Source: Octopus vulgaris (lineage: Eukaryota). Taken from it: DNA of 64,000 nucleotides. The notes under the pieces were generated by a model. That model did not search any database and was not told where the DNA came from. It worked only from the letters and a program-made list of their open reading frames with translations. Position numbers and translations under genes: made by a program. Shown one piece after another: positions 26,722 to 39,526 of the stretch; within the stretch, counting starts at the first letter, position 1, and each line of letters starts with the position of its first letter. Location: the NCBI GenBank assembly GCA_951406725.2, contig OX597833.1, positions 39,556,001 to 39,620,000 on the forward strand. The letters run 5' to 3'.

Positions 26722-27240
26722 CTGTCAGTCTGTCCGTCTATCTGTACACAAACAAACACACATATATGTATATCTATACACAAACACGCACACACACGAT
26801 GGGCTTCTTCCAATTTCTGTCGACCAAATCCCTATACAAGGGTTTGGTCAACCTGAAGGTATATCCCCAAGGTGCCATGCAGTGGGACTGAACCCGGAAC
26901 CATATGGTTGGGAAGCAAGCTTATATATACATTTATATTTATTTAAAAACACTTTGATTCAGTTCTATGTGACTTAAAGTTTCATCGGCTTCTTACAGAA
27001 ACCTAGCTCATTCAGGCTCAGTTAACTGAATGGAGAGATACAGGAAGTTCAAAATGCCTGGTGGAAACTGGGATGCTACTGGTCAAGGTGGGTCACATAG
27101 TATTATTAAGAAGTGAGAGCAATATTTCAGCGACACCAGATGCATTAGAAAGGCGAACTCCTTGGATTAATTGGGTGACCAGGAAGCTTGTGACATCTGG
27201 GAGTCTGGTAGACTTTTGTAAGAACTTGGAGGCTGACAGA
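24430..27240 (+). mobile_element. Fossil RTE-clade LINE reverse transcriptase, fragmented by a mariner and SINE/microsatellite insertions
   Basis: IRYCTNGKMFNLRGFKPIAKATLKTYITRDFLFAD (~24620-24727) and EAWTLYLIQAKRISAF..KWWHYASN (~26040-26150) match RTE-type RTDGxLFNLRR..DLLFADD and ExWT motifs. Confidence 0.75.
24896..25973 (-). mobile_element. Internally deleted mariner element with ~65-bp TIRs and a foreign insert
   Basis: TGAGGTGCATTCAAAAACTATCTGA... / ...TCGGATATTTTTTGAATGCACCTTA; minus-strand peptides KLGDAQA..IIQKIQEIFGNDAMG and SGRPST..EDYRVTIQKIAHEMG..AKFIPKVL. Confidence 0.85.
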
Positions 27241-27433
27241 AACATGACCGGCAAGGATTTGTGTGTGTATATGTGTGAGTATACCAGATACATGAATACA
27301 TGAATGCATGAATTTGGGTGTCTGATGTCTATGTATATCAATCAGTTATACATATGTGTGTGTGAGTGTGTGTGTAACCTGGCACATATACATATGTATT
27401 TGTATAAGCATATATATGTGTGGGTGTCTCTCC

Positions 27434-27476
<43 letters not shown>

Positions 27477-27673
27477 ACCCATGCCTGCATGGAAAACGGA
27501 TATTAAATGATGGTAATATGTATGTGTGTGTGTGTGTGTAAACATAGATTTGTATATGTTCATGCACACACATGTGTACATAGATATATATGTATATGTG
27601 CATATGCATATACAATGTATGTTTATACATATATACATTTATATGTATGTATACACATATATACATATGTATG

Positions 27674-27721
<48 letters not shown>

Positions 27722-27784
27722 CATACACACATATACAGATGATACTATCACATGCTAATAGAGTGATAAGGTAATATGCCATAC

Positions 27785-27986
27785 ATTCAAATTCTAATAA
27801 GAAATTGCATGAGTTAATATCATTCAATTGATGAAAAATTGCATCAGCAGCTGCACGATTCTCTTGCATTCGGTGTGCAACTGACTTAATTTCCAATCTC
27901 ACTTTTCCAAATGAGGTGATTTTAACAGTGATTGAAACTGACAACTTAGTTTTTGATTCACTGTTGTTTTTGTTGTTGTTATTCAT
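27785..27986 (-). CDS. Candidate exon MNNNNKNNSESKTKLSVSITVKITSFGKVRLEIKSVAHRMQENRAAADAIFHQLNDINSCNFLLEFE
   Basis: Non-repetitive open frame after an in-frame stop, ending at a possible donor T|gtatgg; no homology recognised. Confidence 0.25.
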
Positions 27987-28289
27987 GTGGTGGTGATGGC
28001 GTTAGTAGTGGTGGTGGTGGTGGTGTTGGTGTTGGTGTTGGTGGTGGTGGTGCAACTCTTTTTTTTTTATTGCTGGTCACTCAATTTTCTTGTTGATTTC
28101 TTGTTATTATTGATGTTGTTGGTATTTTGTTATTATTGTTGCATATATGTGTATATACATGTGTGTGTGTATAATTAATGCATGCACACATATTTGCACT
28201 CACTCACACAAATACAGCTATGTTTACATATATACATATGCACACACATGCACAGGCATATACAAGTATATATATATATATAGATAGAT

Positions 28290-28330
<41 letters not shown>

Positions 28331-28435
28331 GATATATATCTACATACACATATATATATATGCATATATATCTATACACACATATATATATATACATATA
28401 TATACACTTACATAAATATATAATTATACTCACAC

Positions 28436-28509
<74 letters not shown>

Positions 28510-29703
28510 ATTATTCTTTAGTATTAAGTTTGGATAATAAAAACATTAACATCATTTTATATTTTTCATTCAATAATTTTAAATACATTTTAAATATTTA
28601 AATATTTTTGACTTCAATATTTTTTTGAAAATTACCTTCCAATAGATTTTAATGAATTTGTAATGAATTTTTTCAAAACAAGTTTGTCCATGTGTTGTAT
28701 TTATATATCTATTTATTCATTTATTTATTTATTTATTTATTATTGTTATTATTAATTGTTTTGCTGTTTTGTTTTTTTTTTTGGTGTTGTGGTGCCAAGG
28801 ATTTTATTTGATATTAATGCTTCCTTAATTTATATTTACAGTTTACCATTACTATTTTCATTTTTGTTATATTTCTGAAAAAAAAATTTTATATTTTTAT
28901 TTTTCAGACGTTTTAAATGGAAAAAAAAATTGTTTGTATTTTCTTCAATTGTCTTTATTGTTTTGTTTTTAAATGAAATCATTTTAAAAACACAAAGAAA
29001 AATAATAAATACACAAAATAAAATAAACCAAGCAAATCTAAGCTAATTTTGTTTACTGATATTATTGTTTTACTATTTGCTTTTTTAATTCAATATTCTT
29101 GTTGTTGATGTTGTTTTTACTCATTTTTACTATTATTCAGTATTTTCATCTACTGCGTAAATCATTGTTTTGTTGCTAATACAAAAAAAAAAAAAAAAAA
29201 CAGCAACACTAAACAATTGTGCCAATTTACAATTAATTATGCTATATTTTTGGACTACATTGTATTTGAAATTAACTTTAAAATTTAAAAAAAATTTTGT
29301 AAAATTAAAAAATGATAAATAGATGAAATAAATCAATGCATAAATAGATAAATATTGTGATTTATTTTCTAAATATCTTTGAATTTTTTGCTTAATTTTT
29401 TCATTTGTTAGCCATCAGTGTGCGTGTGTGTGTGTTGGTGTGTGTGTGAGTGTGTTTGTGTGTGTATATTTGTGTGTATGTGTATGTATGTATATCTGTG
29501 TGTTTGTATTTACATGTGTGGATGTGCATGTGTATATGTGTGTGTGTAAGTGTGAGTGTGTTTTTGCATGTATGTTTGTGTGTATGTGTGTATGTATGTA
29601 TGCGAATGTGTTTGTGGGTGTTTGTGTTTATGTGTGTGTGTGTAAATTTGTGTGTACAAATAAAAGAAAAGCGTACTCATTACATTGTGTAGAGTATATA
29701 TTT

Positions 29704-29895
29704 TTACAGCTGAGTAGTTTTCAACTCATACAGCCATAATTCGAAGTATGGCGGAGATGTAATACGCTTGTCTATGAACCCGCAATCTACGGCAGTTTGA
29801 ACCAAAATCTCTGAGTCATTATGTTCCTGCTCAGTTTCTATCAACCACTCTGTCTCTTCTCGATACCTGTCATGTGTCTATTGTAGGCATGTTGC
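29704..29895 (-). CDS. Candidate terminal coding exon (..YREETEWLIETEQEHNDSEILVQTAVDCGFIDKRITSPPYFELWLYELKTTQL*)
   Basis: CpG-containing unique island, 53+ open codons, candidate AG acceptors ending at 29896, 29878 and 29867; followed by ~1.2 kb of AT-rich, UTR-like sequence with AATAAA sites. Confidence 0.45.
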
Positions 29896-30224
29896 CTGTG
29901 TAACAGAAGATGGAATTTTAATCCTCACATTTACCACCCATATCTATTTTTCTCCTTCTCTCTCTGTTTTATGTAACAAAGGATTTTATTAGTTGTGTTA
30001 GCACCTGATACACCCAACCATCATCTCCCTGTTCCTTGTGTCATTCATTTTTAATATTCATCACTCTCTATTCATCTATAATAATCCATTATTCACCTCT
30101 TCTTGATGTTCATTACTATTTCTAACCAACATCTATTACAATCTTTTACTCTTCTATTTCTCTCTCTGCTTCTCTGTCTCTGTCAGTTCATTTGCCTGTC
30201 TGCCTATCTATCTGTCTGTCTGTC

Positions 30225-30255
<31 letters not shown>

Positions 30256-31187
30256 GTTTGTCTGTCTGTATCTAGCTCTCTCTCCCTCACCTCAAACATA
30301 TAACTGCTATCACTGTTTCTAACTTATATCCCCTTCCCCTTGCTCAAATCAACCTATTTAAGATATTTTGCTTGATGATCCACAATAATCTCACCTCTAA
30401 CATAATTTCTTTCTTGCATTATTTTATTTAATATTGTTATTTATATATTCATATTTCATTGTGATAGTTATTGTAGTTGAGGTCATGGCCATAGTGTTGG
30501 TAGGATATTTTGACTAGACATTGACTCTTAATTTTTACTATTTATTGATTTCATTTGACAATAGATAATGTATGTGAATATTGAGATTTTTTATATGTTT
30601 GTGTATGTGAGTTGTTTATAACAACAAGAGAAGAAGTTCTCACTGAAGGCATATAGATATGTGCTGTGTGTAAGAAGTAAGATGGAGGGGTATCTCAGCT
30701 AGATTACTAGGTGGTGGTGATGGTGATGGTGATGATTCCAGTGATGCCATCTGCCATTACTTTCTTGAATGTGCAAGCAATCAAATGACTAGGCTGGATT
30801 ATAATGCAAAAAAAAGTCTATTATTAAATATGATGCCAATACTTCACTATTTCAAGGCTGTTAAGTCTCAAAACAAACCATGTGTGTTATACATGAAGAT
30901 CAGTAATTCTCAAATGGAAAGACTATATGATTCCTAAAAGATAACAACTGTACTTGTCTTGATGCTAAAATACAATATTTAGCTTAACTTTCAGCCCAGT
31001 TTTTCAAAACTGATTTCTTGGCATTCCCCTATATCATAGATTGCAGGCAAGAACAGAGCAACTGTTTCTGTCTTGCTAATAGGAATCAACATTTACTTTA
31101 AATTTCATTTGGCTTTATTTAATAAATATCTTTACTAACTCATATTTCTGTTGTAGGTTCATCCAGTTTGCAGTTTGAAATTTACTT

Positions 31188-31590
31188 CAGGAGTGGCTGT
31201 GTGGTAAGTAGCTTGCTAACCAACCACATGGTTCCGGGTTCAGTCCCACTGCGTGGCATCTTGGGCAAGTGTCTTCTGCTATAGCCTCGGGCCGACCAAT
31301 GCCTTGTGAGTGGATTTGGTAGACGGAAACTGAAAGAAGCCTGTCGTATATATGTATATATATATATGTGTGTTTGTGTGTCTGTGTTTGTCCCCCTAGC
31401 ATTGCTTGACAACCGATGCTGGTGTTTACGTCCCCGTCACTTAGCGGTTCGGCAAAAGAGACCGATAGAATAAGTACTGGGCTTACAAAGAATAAGATCC
31501 GGGGTCGATTTGCTCGACTAAAGGCGGTGCTCCAGCATGGCCACAGTCAAATGACTGAAACAAGTAAAAGAGTAAAGAGAGAGTAAGAGA
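31188..31590 (+). mobile_element. SINE family A, full-length, low-divergence copy
   Basis: TGGCTGTGTGGT A-box, GGTTCAGTCCC B-box, internal (TA/TG)n, 3' ccagcatggccacagtcaaatgactgaaacaagtaaaagag. Confidence 0.9.
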
Positions 31591-31639
31591 GGTGTGTGTT
31601 CGAAAACTTCAAGTTTGTATTTATTTACAAGGAGGCATG

Positions 31640-32397
31640 TTGAGAATGTTTTTTTTTTTCTTCACTTTAATATACAGCCAGAGTGAACCAGAACCTTGTG
31701 TTTTTTCGGTTGGACATAGCTGACAGTGGCTACTGAAATCATTCTATACCTTTACCTATGCAACAATATTATATTTTATTCTATGGTTGCTTTCTCCACT
31801 TTCTCAATGTATTTGAAAAAATACATAGCCCGAAATATATGGCTCTGTTGTGTATATCTGATTTTAAAGGTATTCTTGGTTAACCTAATGTACTTATTTA
31901 CTGTACATTTGTCAACCCTACATTCGTTCTGTGTAACAATTTTTTTAGAGGCATATTTTATCCAAAGAGCACCTGCATTTTTTGACTTGTTTCTGTAAAG
32001 TTCACAGATTTTTGGTTGTGGTTAGTCATTAGTAGGTTTATTTTATCCATGCAACTATAGCTAACCTTAACAGAATGCATGTCGAAAAATTTTTTGATGT
32101 CTGTGTGAACAGGGTAGTGAATACTGAACAGGGTAGAGCATACTGTAGGTCCTAGTAACATTTGATGAGGCATTAAAGTAAGGGATATATAAAACATTTT
32201 TTATATACCTCTAAATATTGTATTATTTTATGTGAATTGTTCTATGTATTTCAGCTTAATTATAAAACCACTTTTGGTTAAAATTGTAGTTTGGTGTTGC
32301 ATTGTTAAATATTGCTCTGTTTGATGACATGTTAGATAAGCATCTGCTATTGTTGCCTATAATATAGTGTATGACTGCATGTAGGTTGTTTGAACTC

Positions 32398-32438
<41 letters not shown>

Positions 32439-32760
32439 TCTCTGTTGGGTTTATAGCAGAAGTGAAATATTTTCTGTAAAGTTAAAAGTTGCACCTGGAA
32501 AACTTGTTATCTTCAGGTTTGTATTTATCATAATGTTAAAATCAAATTCTTTAAAAGTGATAATTAATGTACTTTCTGAGTTTGTTCATGTCATACCCAT
32601 TCAAACTATGGGATATAACAAGCCTGTAGTCTGTATAAAATCCTATATTGGTGGATATTGTTCTGTTCTGTATAATCTATCCAATTTGTTTCCACTTAAG
32701 AACAATGTTTCAGCTGGTAGATACAGCCAAAACGTTTTTTTTGTAGACAAAGAAGTAAAA
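31640..32760 (-). mobile_element. Fossil Penelope-like element (RT thumb to GIY-YIG region)
   Basis: Minus-strand peptides FKEFDFNIMINTNLKITSF..TFN, SRCLSNMSSNRAIFNNATP and FDMHSVKVSYSCM..NHNQK are typical of PLE ORFs. Confidence 0.8.
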
Positions 32761-32782
32761 TGGAAATGATATAGTGGCATAT

Positions 32783-33079
32783 TTACTCTTTTACTTGTTT
32801 CAGTCATTTGACTGCAACCATGCTGTAGCATCACCTTTAGTCGAGCAAATCGACTCCAGGACTAATTCTTTGGAAGCCTAGTACTTATTCTTTCGGTCTC
32901 TTTTGCCTAACTGCTATGTTACAGGAACGTAAACACACCAGCACCGTTTGTCAAGCGATGTTGGGGGGACAAACACAGACACACAAACATATACACACAC
33001 ATACATATATATATATGTCCAACCCATGCTAGCATGGAGAACGGACGTTAAACGATGATGATGATGATGATGATGATAT

Positions 33080-33110
<31 letters not shown>

Positions 33111-33272
33111 GACGGGCTTCTTTCAGTTTCCGTCTACCAAATTCATTCACAAGGCTTTGGTCGGCCCGAGACTATAGTAGAAGACACTTGCCCAAGGTGC
33201 CACACAGTGGGACTGAACCCAGAACCATGTGGTTCATAAGCAAGCTACTTACCACACAGCCACTCCTACGCC
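32783..33272 (-). mobile_element. SINE family A with a SINE B tail fragment embedded in its internal microsatellite
   Basis: Family A on both sides of gtccaacccatgctagcatggagaacggacgttaaacgatg (~33017-33078). Confidence 0.85.
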
Positions 33273-34110
33273 TATATATTTATATGTTTTAAATAGTTCC
33301 AGTGACACTTCCATGATGTATGTATGTCTCATCATTATCATCATTATCATCATCATCGTCATCACCATCATAACCAATGTTTTCACATTTGCTTTTTCCA
33401 TGCCGGCAGTGGTTGGACGAGAGTTATTGAAGCAGTATTTCTATGACTGGATGCTTTTCCTGTTACAAACACCTGCTTTAAAAGTAAGGTAGTTTTGAAA
33501 CAGTGAGCTGTAAGAATTTACAAGAAATGTAATCACTGTCATCTGTTTGGTTCACAAGGTGAAAATATGAAGACACATGGAAATACTGAAACAACCATGC
33601 ATACACATACATATATATGTATATGTGTCTCTGTGTGTGCATGTATGGTGTATGTGTGCATGCATAAGTGTTATATGCATATATGTGTGGTGCATGCGCA
33701 TGTGTGTATGTGTGTATGTGTGTGTGAGTGTAACTCTGGCCTTTGTACAGTTTCTGTCATTCAAATTTCACTCACAAGCCATTGGCTGGATGAGGCTATT
33801 GGAGAAGATATTTGCCCAAGGTACATGCATTGGTATGGAACCCAAAATCACATGGTTGAGAAGTGAGCTTTTTAATCACATAGCCTTGACAGCATCAACA
33901 GCCATGCATGCCACATAAAAAGCACTCAGTCTGCTCTACTGGGTGATTGGTGCTAGGAAGGGCATCCAACTGTAAAAATCCTTCCAAAACAGACGTAGAA
34001 GTTTGTCTGGTGCAGGCTCCTGTCTGGTAAGCTCCTGTCAAACTGTCTGACCAAGCCAGCCAGCATGGAAGGTGCATGTTAAACAATAATGATGGTGAGG
34101 ATGACAATGG

Positions 34111-34194
<84 letters not shown>

Positions 34195-34471
34195 TGTGTG
34201 TGTAGTAGGTTGAAAAGGAACACACGAGTTGATATATGTGGAAAAAAAAGGTCAAGGTAGAAAATGCTAAAATAATCTTATAAAAAACATTTCAGTACTG
34301 GTTTCAGTCATTGAGACTTTTTTAACTGTAAATATGGAAAACAATTAAATTTTTGAAAAATTAAAAGAAAAGTTTTTTAAAAGATTATTTGCATAGCATT
34401 CAAATACAAGGAGCATTTTCTTTGCTTCTGCCTGTCTCTGTCTCTCTTGTTTACTCTTGTGGGTTTGAGGT

Positions 34472-34502
<31 letters not shown>

Positions 34503-34544
34503 GTGTGTGTATGTATGTATGTATGTATGTATATTATATAGGTA

Positions 34545-34708
34545 CAGACATAGCTGTGAGGTAAGAAGTTTACAAATTTACTTTCCTACCACAAGGTTTC
34601 AGGTTCAGTCCCACTGCATGGCACCTGAGGCAAGTGTCTTCTACTATAGCCAAAGGCCAACCAAAGCCTTGTGAGTAGATTTTGTCGATGGAAAGTGAAA
34701 GAAGCCTA

Positions 34709-34741
<33 letters not shown>

Positions 34742-34968
34742 TGTGTGTACCTTTGTGTCTGTGTTTGTCCCCTCCCTCTACTTGACAACCAATGTTGGTG
34801 TGTTTACATTGCCATAACTTAGTGGTTCCGCAAAAGTGACAGATAGAGTATTACCAGGCTTAAAAGAAAAGTACTGGGATCAATTCATTCAGTTTAAAAT
34901 TCTTCAAGGCTGTACCCCAGCATGGCCATAAACTAAAGGCTGAAACTAGTAAAAGACAAAAGATAAAA
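34545..34968 (+). mobile_element. SINE family A, diverged copy
   Basis: caggttcagtcccactgcatggcacc...ccagcatggcc. Confidence 0.75.
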
Positions 34969-34977
34969 AACATATAT

Positions 34978-35385
34978 ACTCTTTACTCTTTTACTTGTTT
35001 CAGTCATTTGACTGTGGCCATGCTGGAGCACTGCCTTTAGTCGAGGAAATCGACCCTAGGACTTATTCTTTGTAAGCCTAGCACTTATTCTATCGGTCTC
35101 TTTTGCCGAACCGCTAAGTTACAGGGACGTAAACACACCTGCATCAGTTGTCAAGCGATGTTGGGGGGGACAAACACGGACACACAAACATACACACACA
35201 TGCATACATATATAGATATATACGACGAGCTTTTTTTAGTTTCCGTCTACCAAATCCATTCACAAGGCTTTGGTCAGCCCGAGGCTATAGTAGAAGACAT
35301 TTGCCCAAGGTGCCACGCAGTGGGACTGAACCCAGAACCATGTGGTTGGTAAGCAAGCTACTTACCACACAGCCACTCCTACGCC
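34978..35385 (-). mobile_element. SINE family A, tail-to-tail with the preceding copy
   Basis: Reverse complement of 31188-31590. Confidence 0.9.
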
Positions 35386-36919
35386 TATATATGAAATGTA
35401 TTTTTAAAATATATAAAAGAATGAGTAGTAGAAGTACTAAATTTTAATATATAATTCACAGTTAAAGAAATTGTAGCATATCATCTACTCAGCTAATTAG
35501 TATTAAAATTATATGAAATGGGTGTATTTTGGCATTGTCAACATTTAATCACATGATTAGCATTGGACTAAATCCATTGCAAAGATTGAATGGTCTTAAG
35601 TAGTCAATCAGTGTTTGAGCAACAGTTTTTATTTATCCCAACACAGGAAAACTCTCTTTCTGCCCACCAACAATTATGTAAGGAATGCTTCCTCACATTA
35701 TAGGGCAGAGAGAGAGAGAGAGAGAGGAAAGAGAGACAAGATCACAAGCCAAGCAGACGTCTTACTGTTTTTTCTTGTTGCTAATGCTGTCCAGCACATA
35801 GAACAATGCTTCGCAGTACACAGAACCAAGCCATGAATTACTAAACCAGTTACTTCTCAATATGTAAGACATTTGCCATGTATTTTTATAACTGTTGCAA
35901 TAAAGAATAGCTGCATTAAATTTACCTGGTTCTTCTTGTCATTAGTTTATCCACACTCACTCCAGGCACACAGACCAGACCAGTTAATGCATAACCAACA
36001 CACAGCTACATCAAGATGAACTAGTCTTAGTTAACTTAACCAAAACTTATAACCATCAGTCATTACAAAGTCATATGTGTTTGGACTGAATATTTTTCAG
36101 AAAGAAGGCAAAATAGTTAAAAAGGAAGAAAAAGGCAAAGAGAGGATATCTGAAAGCAATTGTATCAAATGACCCCCATGAAGGGGAATAAGAAGTGGCT
36201 CAAGAAAGAAAGTGGATTTTCGGCTGCGGGAACAAATGACAAACAAGCAAATGGGGGAGGGACATCATCATCATCATCATCATCATCGTCATCATCATCA
36301 TCGTCATCATCACCATCATCATCATCATCATTTAACGTCTTTTGTCCATGCTGGCATGGCCTGGACAATTTGACTGAACTGGCACACTAGAAGGCTGCAT
36401 CGGACTCCAATCTGATTTGGCATGGCTTTTTATGGCTGGATGCCCTTCTTAATGCCAACCACTCTGAGAGTGCAATGGGTGCTTTTTATGTGCATGACAC
36501 CAAGGTGCTTTTATGTGCCACTGGCATGGGTGCCAATTTGCATGACAATACATGTAAATGTAATTTGCAAAATGACAACTCACTTCAAAATATAAACAAA
36601 AATATTTGAAAGTTTACAAAAGGGCAATTTAAAATGAATTGCTTATTTGAAATTATTTTTACATGCATTAACATTTATTATAACAAATATATTTTCAATG
36701 ATGCTACCTGTATTATAAACTATATTATACTGTTGAGAAAAGAAAATAGAAAGCTATGATAATGAGGTTCAATATCCAACATTTAAGCATTTACTTATTC
36801 GTTTTACTTACTCAAGAGATAAAGTTTATTTTTGAATATTCCTGGCTTCATTTTTACTCTTTTGCAATCCCACAGCAAATATTTACCATATATTTTCTAA
36901 AGCAACCATCAAAATCTTG

Positions 36920-37245
<326 letters not shown>

Positions 37246-37529
37246 CTTCCACAATATAGAATCAACACAGAGTAAGACTGTCTTCAATTTTGTTTTGTTT
37301 TCTGAATACAAACTATGAAATAAAGGGAAAATGTATTTGCCCCAATAATATGTATAAGCTATATAGATTATCTGCATATATGTATGCGTTATTTAGATTA
37401 TTTAAACTGCTAGCCTGTCACACACACAAACTCACATCTTTCATTTCCTAGACCCATGTATGCATTTATCCATCATTCCAGTCAGTGTAACTCCTCCCAT
37501 AACTATATGATATAAAGCATGACAGAAAT

Positions 37530-38110
37530 TAAGCAACCGATCGACCAACTATCAAACAAACAAGCAATCAACCGTCCAACCAAGAAGCAATCACCCAACC
37601 AACCAACCAATCAACCAACAAGTCAGCCAACCAACCAACCAACCAATCAACCAACAACCCAACCAACCAACCAATCAACCAACAAGTCAGCCAACCAACC
37701 AATCAACCAACAAGTCAGCCAACCAACCAATCAACCAGCAAGTCAGCCAACCAACCAATCAACAAACCAGCAACCAACCAATCAACAACCAGCCAGCCAA
37801 CCAACCAATCAACCAACCAATAATCAACCATCCAACCAAACAATCAACTAATCAAACAACCAACGAACCATCCAACAATCCAACAAAGCAACCATCCAAC
37901 AAAGCAACCATCCAACATCCAACCAACCAACCAACCAACCAATCAACAGCCAACCAACCAAAACCAACCAGCCAATAAACAGCCAAACAAAAACCTACCA
38001 ACTAGCAACCAACCAGCAAATCAACAAACAAATCAACCACCAAACCAATCAACCTACCAACCAATGAATTAACCAACCAGCCAACCACTTAACAACCAAC
38101 CAATCAACCC
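37530..38110. repeat. Degenerate (CCAA)n satellite
   Basis: aaccaaccaatcaacc repeats. Confidence 0.95.
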
Positions 38111-38227
38111 CAGATTTCAACTGGTACTTACTTTATTGACTCTGAAAGGATGAAAGGCAAAGTTAACCTCAGTGGAATTAGAACTCAGAACATAAAATAG
38201 ACAAAATGTTGTTTATGATTAGATATT

Positions 38228-38607
38228 CTTTTACTGTTTTACATGTTTCAGTCATTTTACTGCAGCCTTAAGTTGAGCTAATCGACCCCAGGACTTATTC
38301 TTTGTAAGCCTTATTCTTAGTCTCTTTTGCCAAACCGCTAAGTTACAGGGACGTAAACACACCAGCATCTGTTGTCAGGCAATGTTGGGGGAACAAACAC
38401 AGACACACAAACATATACATACACACACATATATATATACATATGTACGACGGGCTTCTTTCAGTTTCTGTCTACCAAATCCACTCACAAGGCTTTGGTC
38501 GACCTGAGGCTATAGTAGAAGACACTTGCCCAAGGTGCCACGCAGTTGGACTGAACCCAGAACCATGTGGTTGGTTAGCAAGCTACTTACCATACAGCCA
38601 CTCCTGC
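38228..38607 (-). mobile_element. SINE family A
   Basis: Matches the family consensus seen elsewhere in the window. Confidence 0.85.
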
Positions 38608-39391
38608 ACATAAATTTTAATAACAAATTCTTATATGGACCCCCAAGGGTCATATGAACCCCAGTTGAGAACTACAGTTCTGGAAGATCTTTAAGAAAAC
38701 AAAAGAAAGCTAAAAGTTAGCATCCAAGAATCGAACCTTTGCTTCCTCTCTAAAGATCAGCAAGCATCATCGACAACAGCAAGAAGAAGAAGAAGGAGAA
38801 AAGAAAGATGAGGAGAAAGAGGAAGAAAAACAGGAGGAGAAGGAGGAGGAAGAGGACAGCAACTGTTGTTAAGCCTGAGTAAACTAAAAGTAAATCCCAA
38901 AAGTAAATCAAAAGTAAAGCAATCTAGATTAAGCTCTAAAAGCAAGCTATATGTTGTAGCAGCAGCAGCAGCAGCAGCAGCAGTAATAGTAGTAGTAGTA
39001 GTAGTAGCAGTAGTAGTAAATAGAACATCTATAGATTGGTCCATTGTTCAGATTTATTAGGATGAGTTCATTTATTAACAATATCTATCCAATTGGAAGA
39101 ATTACTTAATCAAATATTCATTAGTGTTCATACACACACACATGTACGTGTGTGTGTGTGTGTGTGTATGTACGTTTGCATTTGTGTGTGTATATGTACA
39201 TATAATATATATGTATATATACATATATATAATTAGATGTGTATATGTATATATATATATATATATATACATGCACACACAAAGATGTGTATATATATAT
39301 ATATACACACACACACACAAAATGCGTGCATGTGTATACATACATGCATTAAAGGTGGTTTGCATGGTCATACTCTCTCTTCTACTTTCCC

Positions 39392-39425
<34 letters not shown>

Positions 39426-39426
39426 C

Positions 39427-39471
<45 letters not shown>

Positions 39472-39473
39472 AT

Positions 39474-39526
<53 letters not shown>

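Noticed and set aside
37519-37851. QPTN-repeat ORF
   Set aside because: Degenerate (CCAA)n satellite
38757-39060. Low-complexity ORFs on both strands (poly-A/T/V, E/K-rich)
   Set aside because: Built from trinucleotide and purine-rich repeats with no clear splice signals; at most UTR-like
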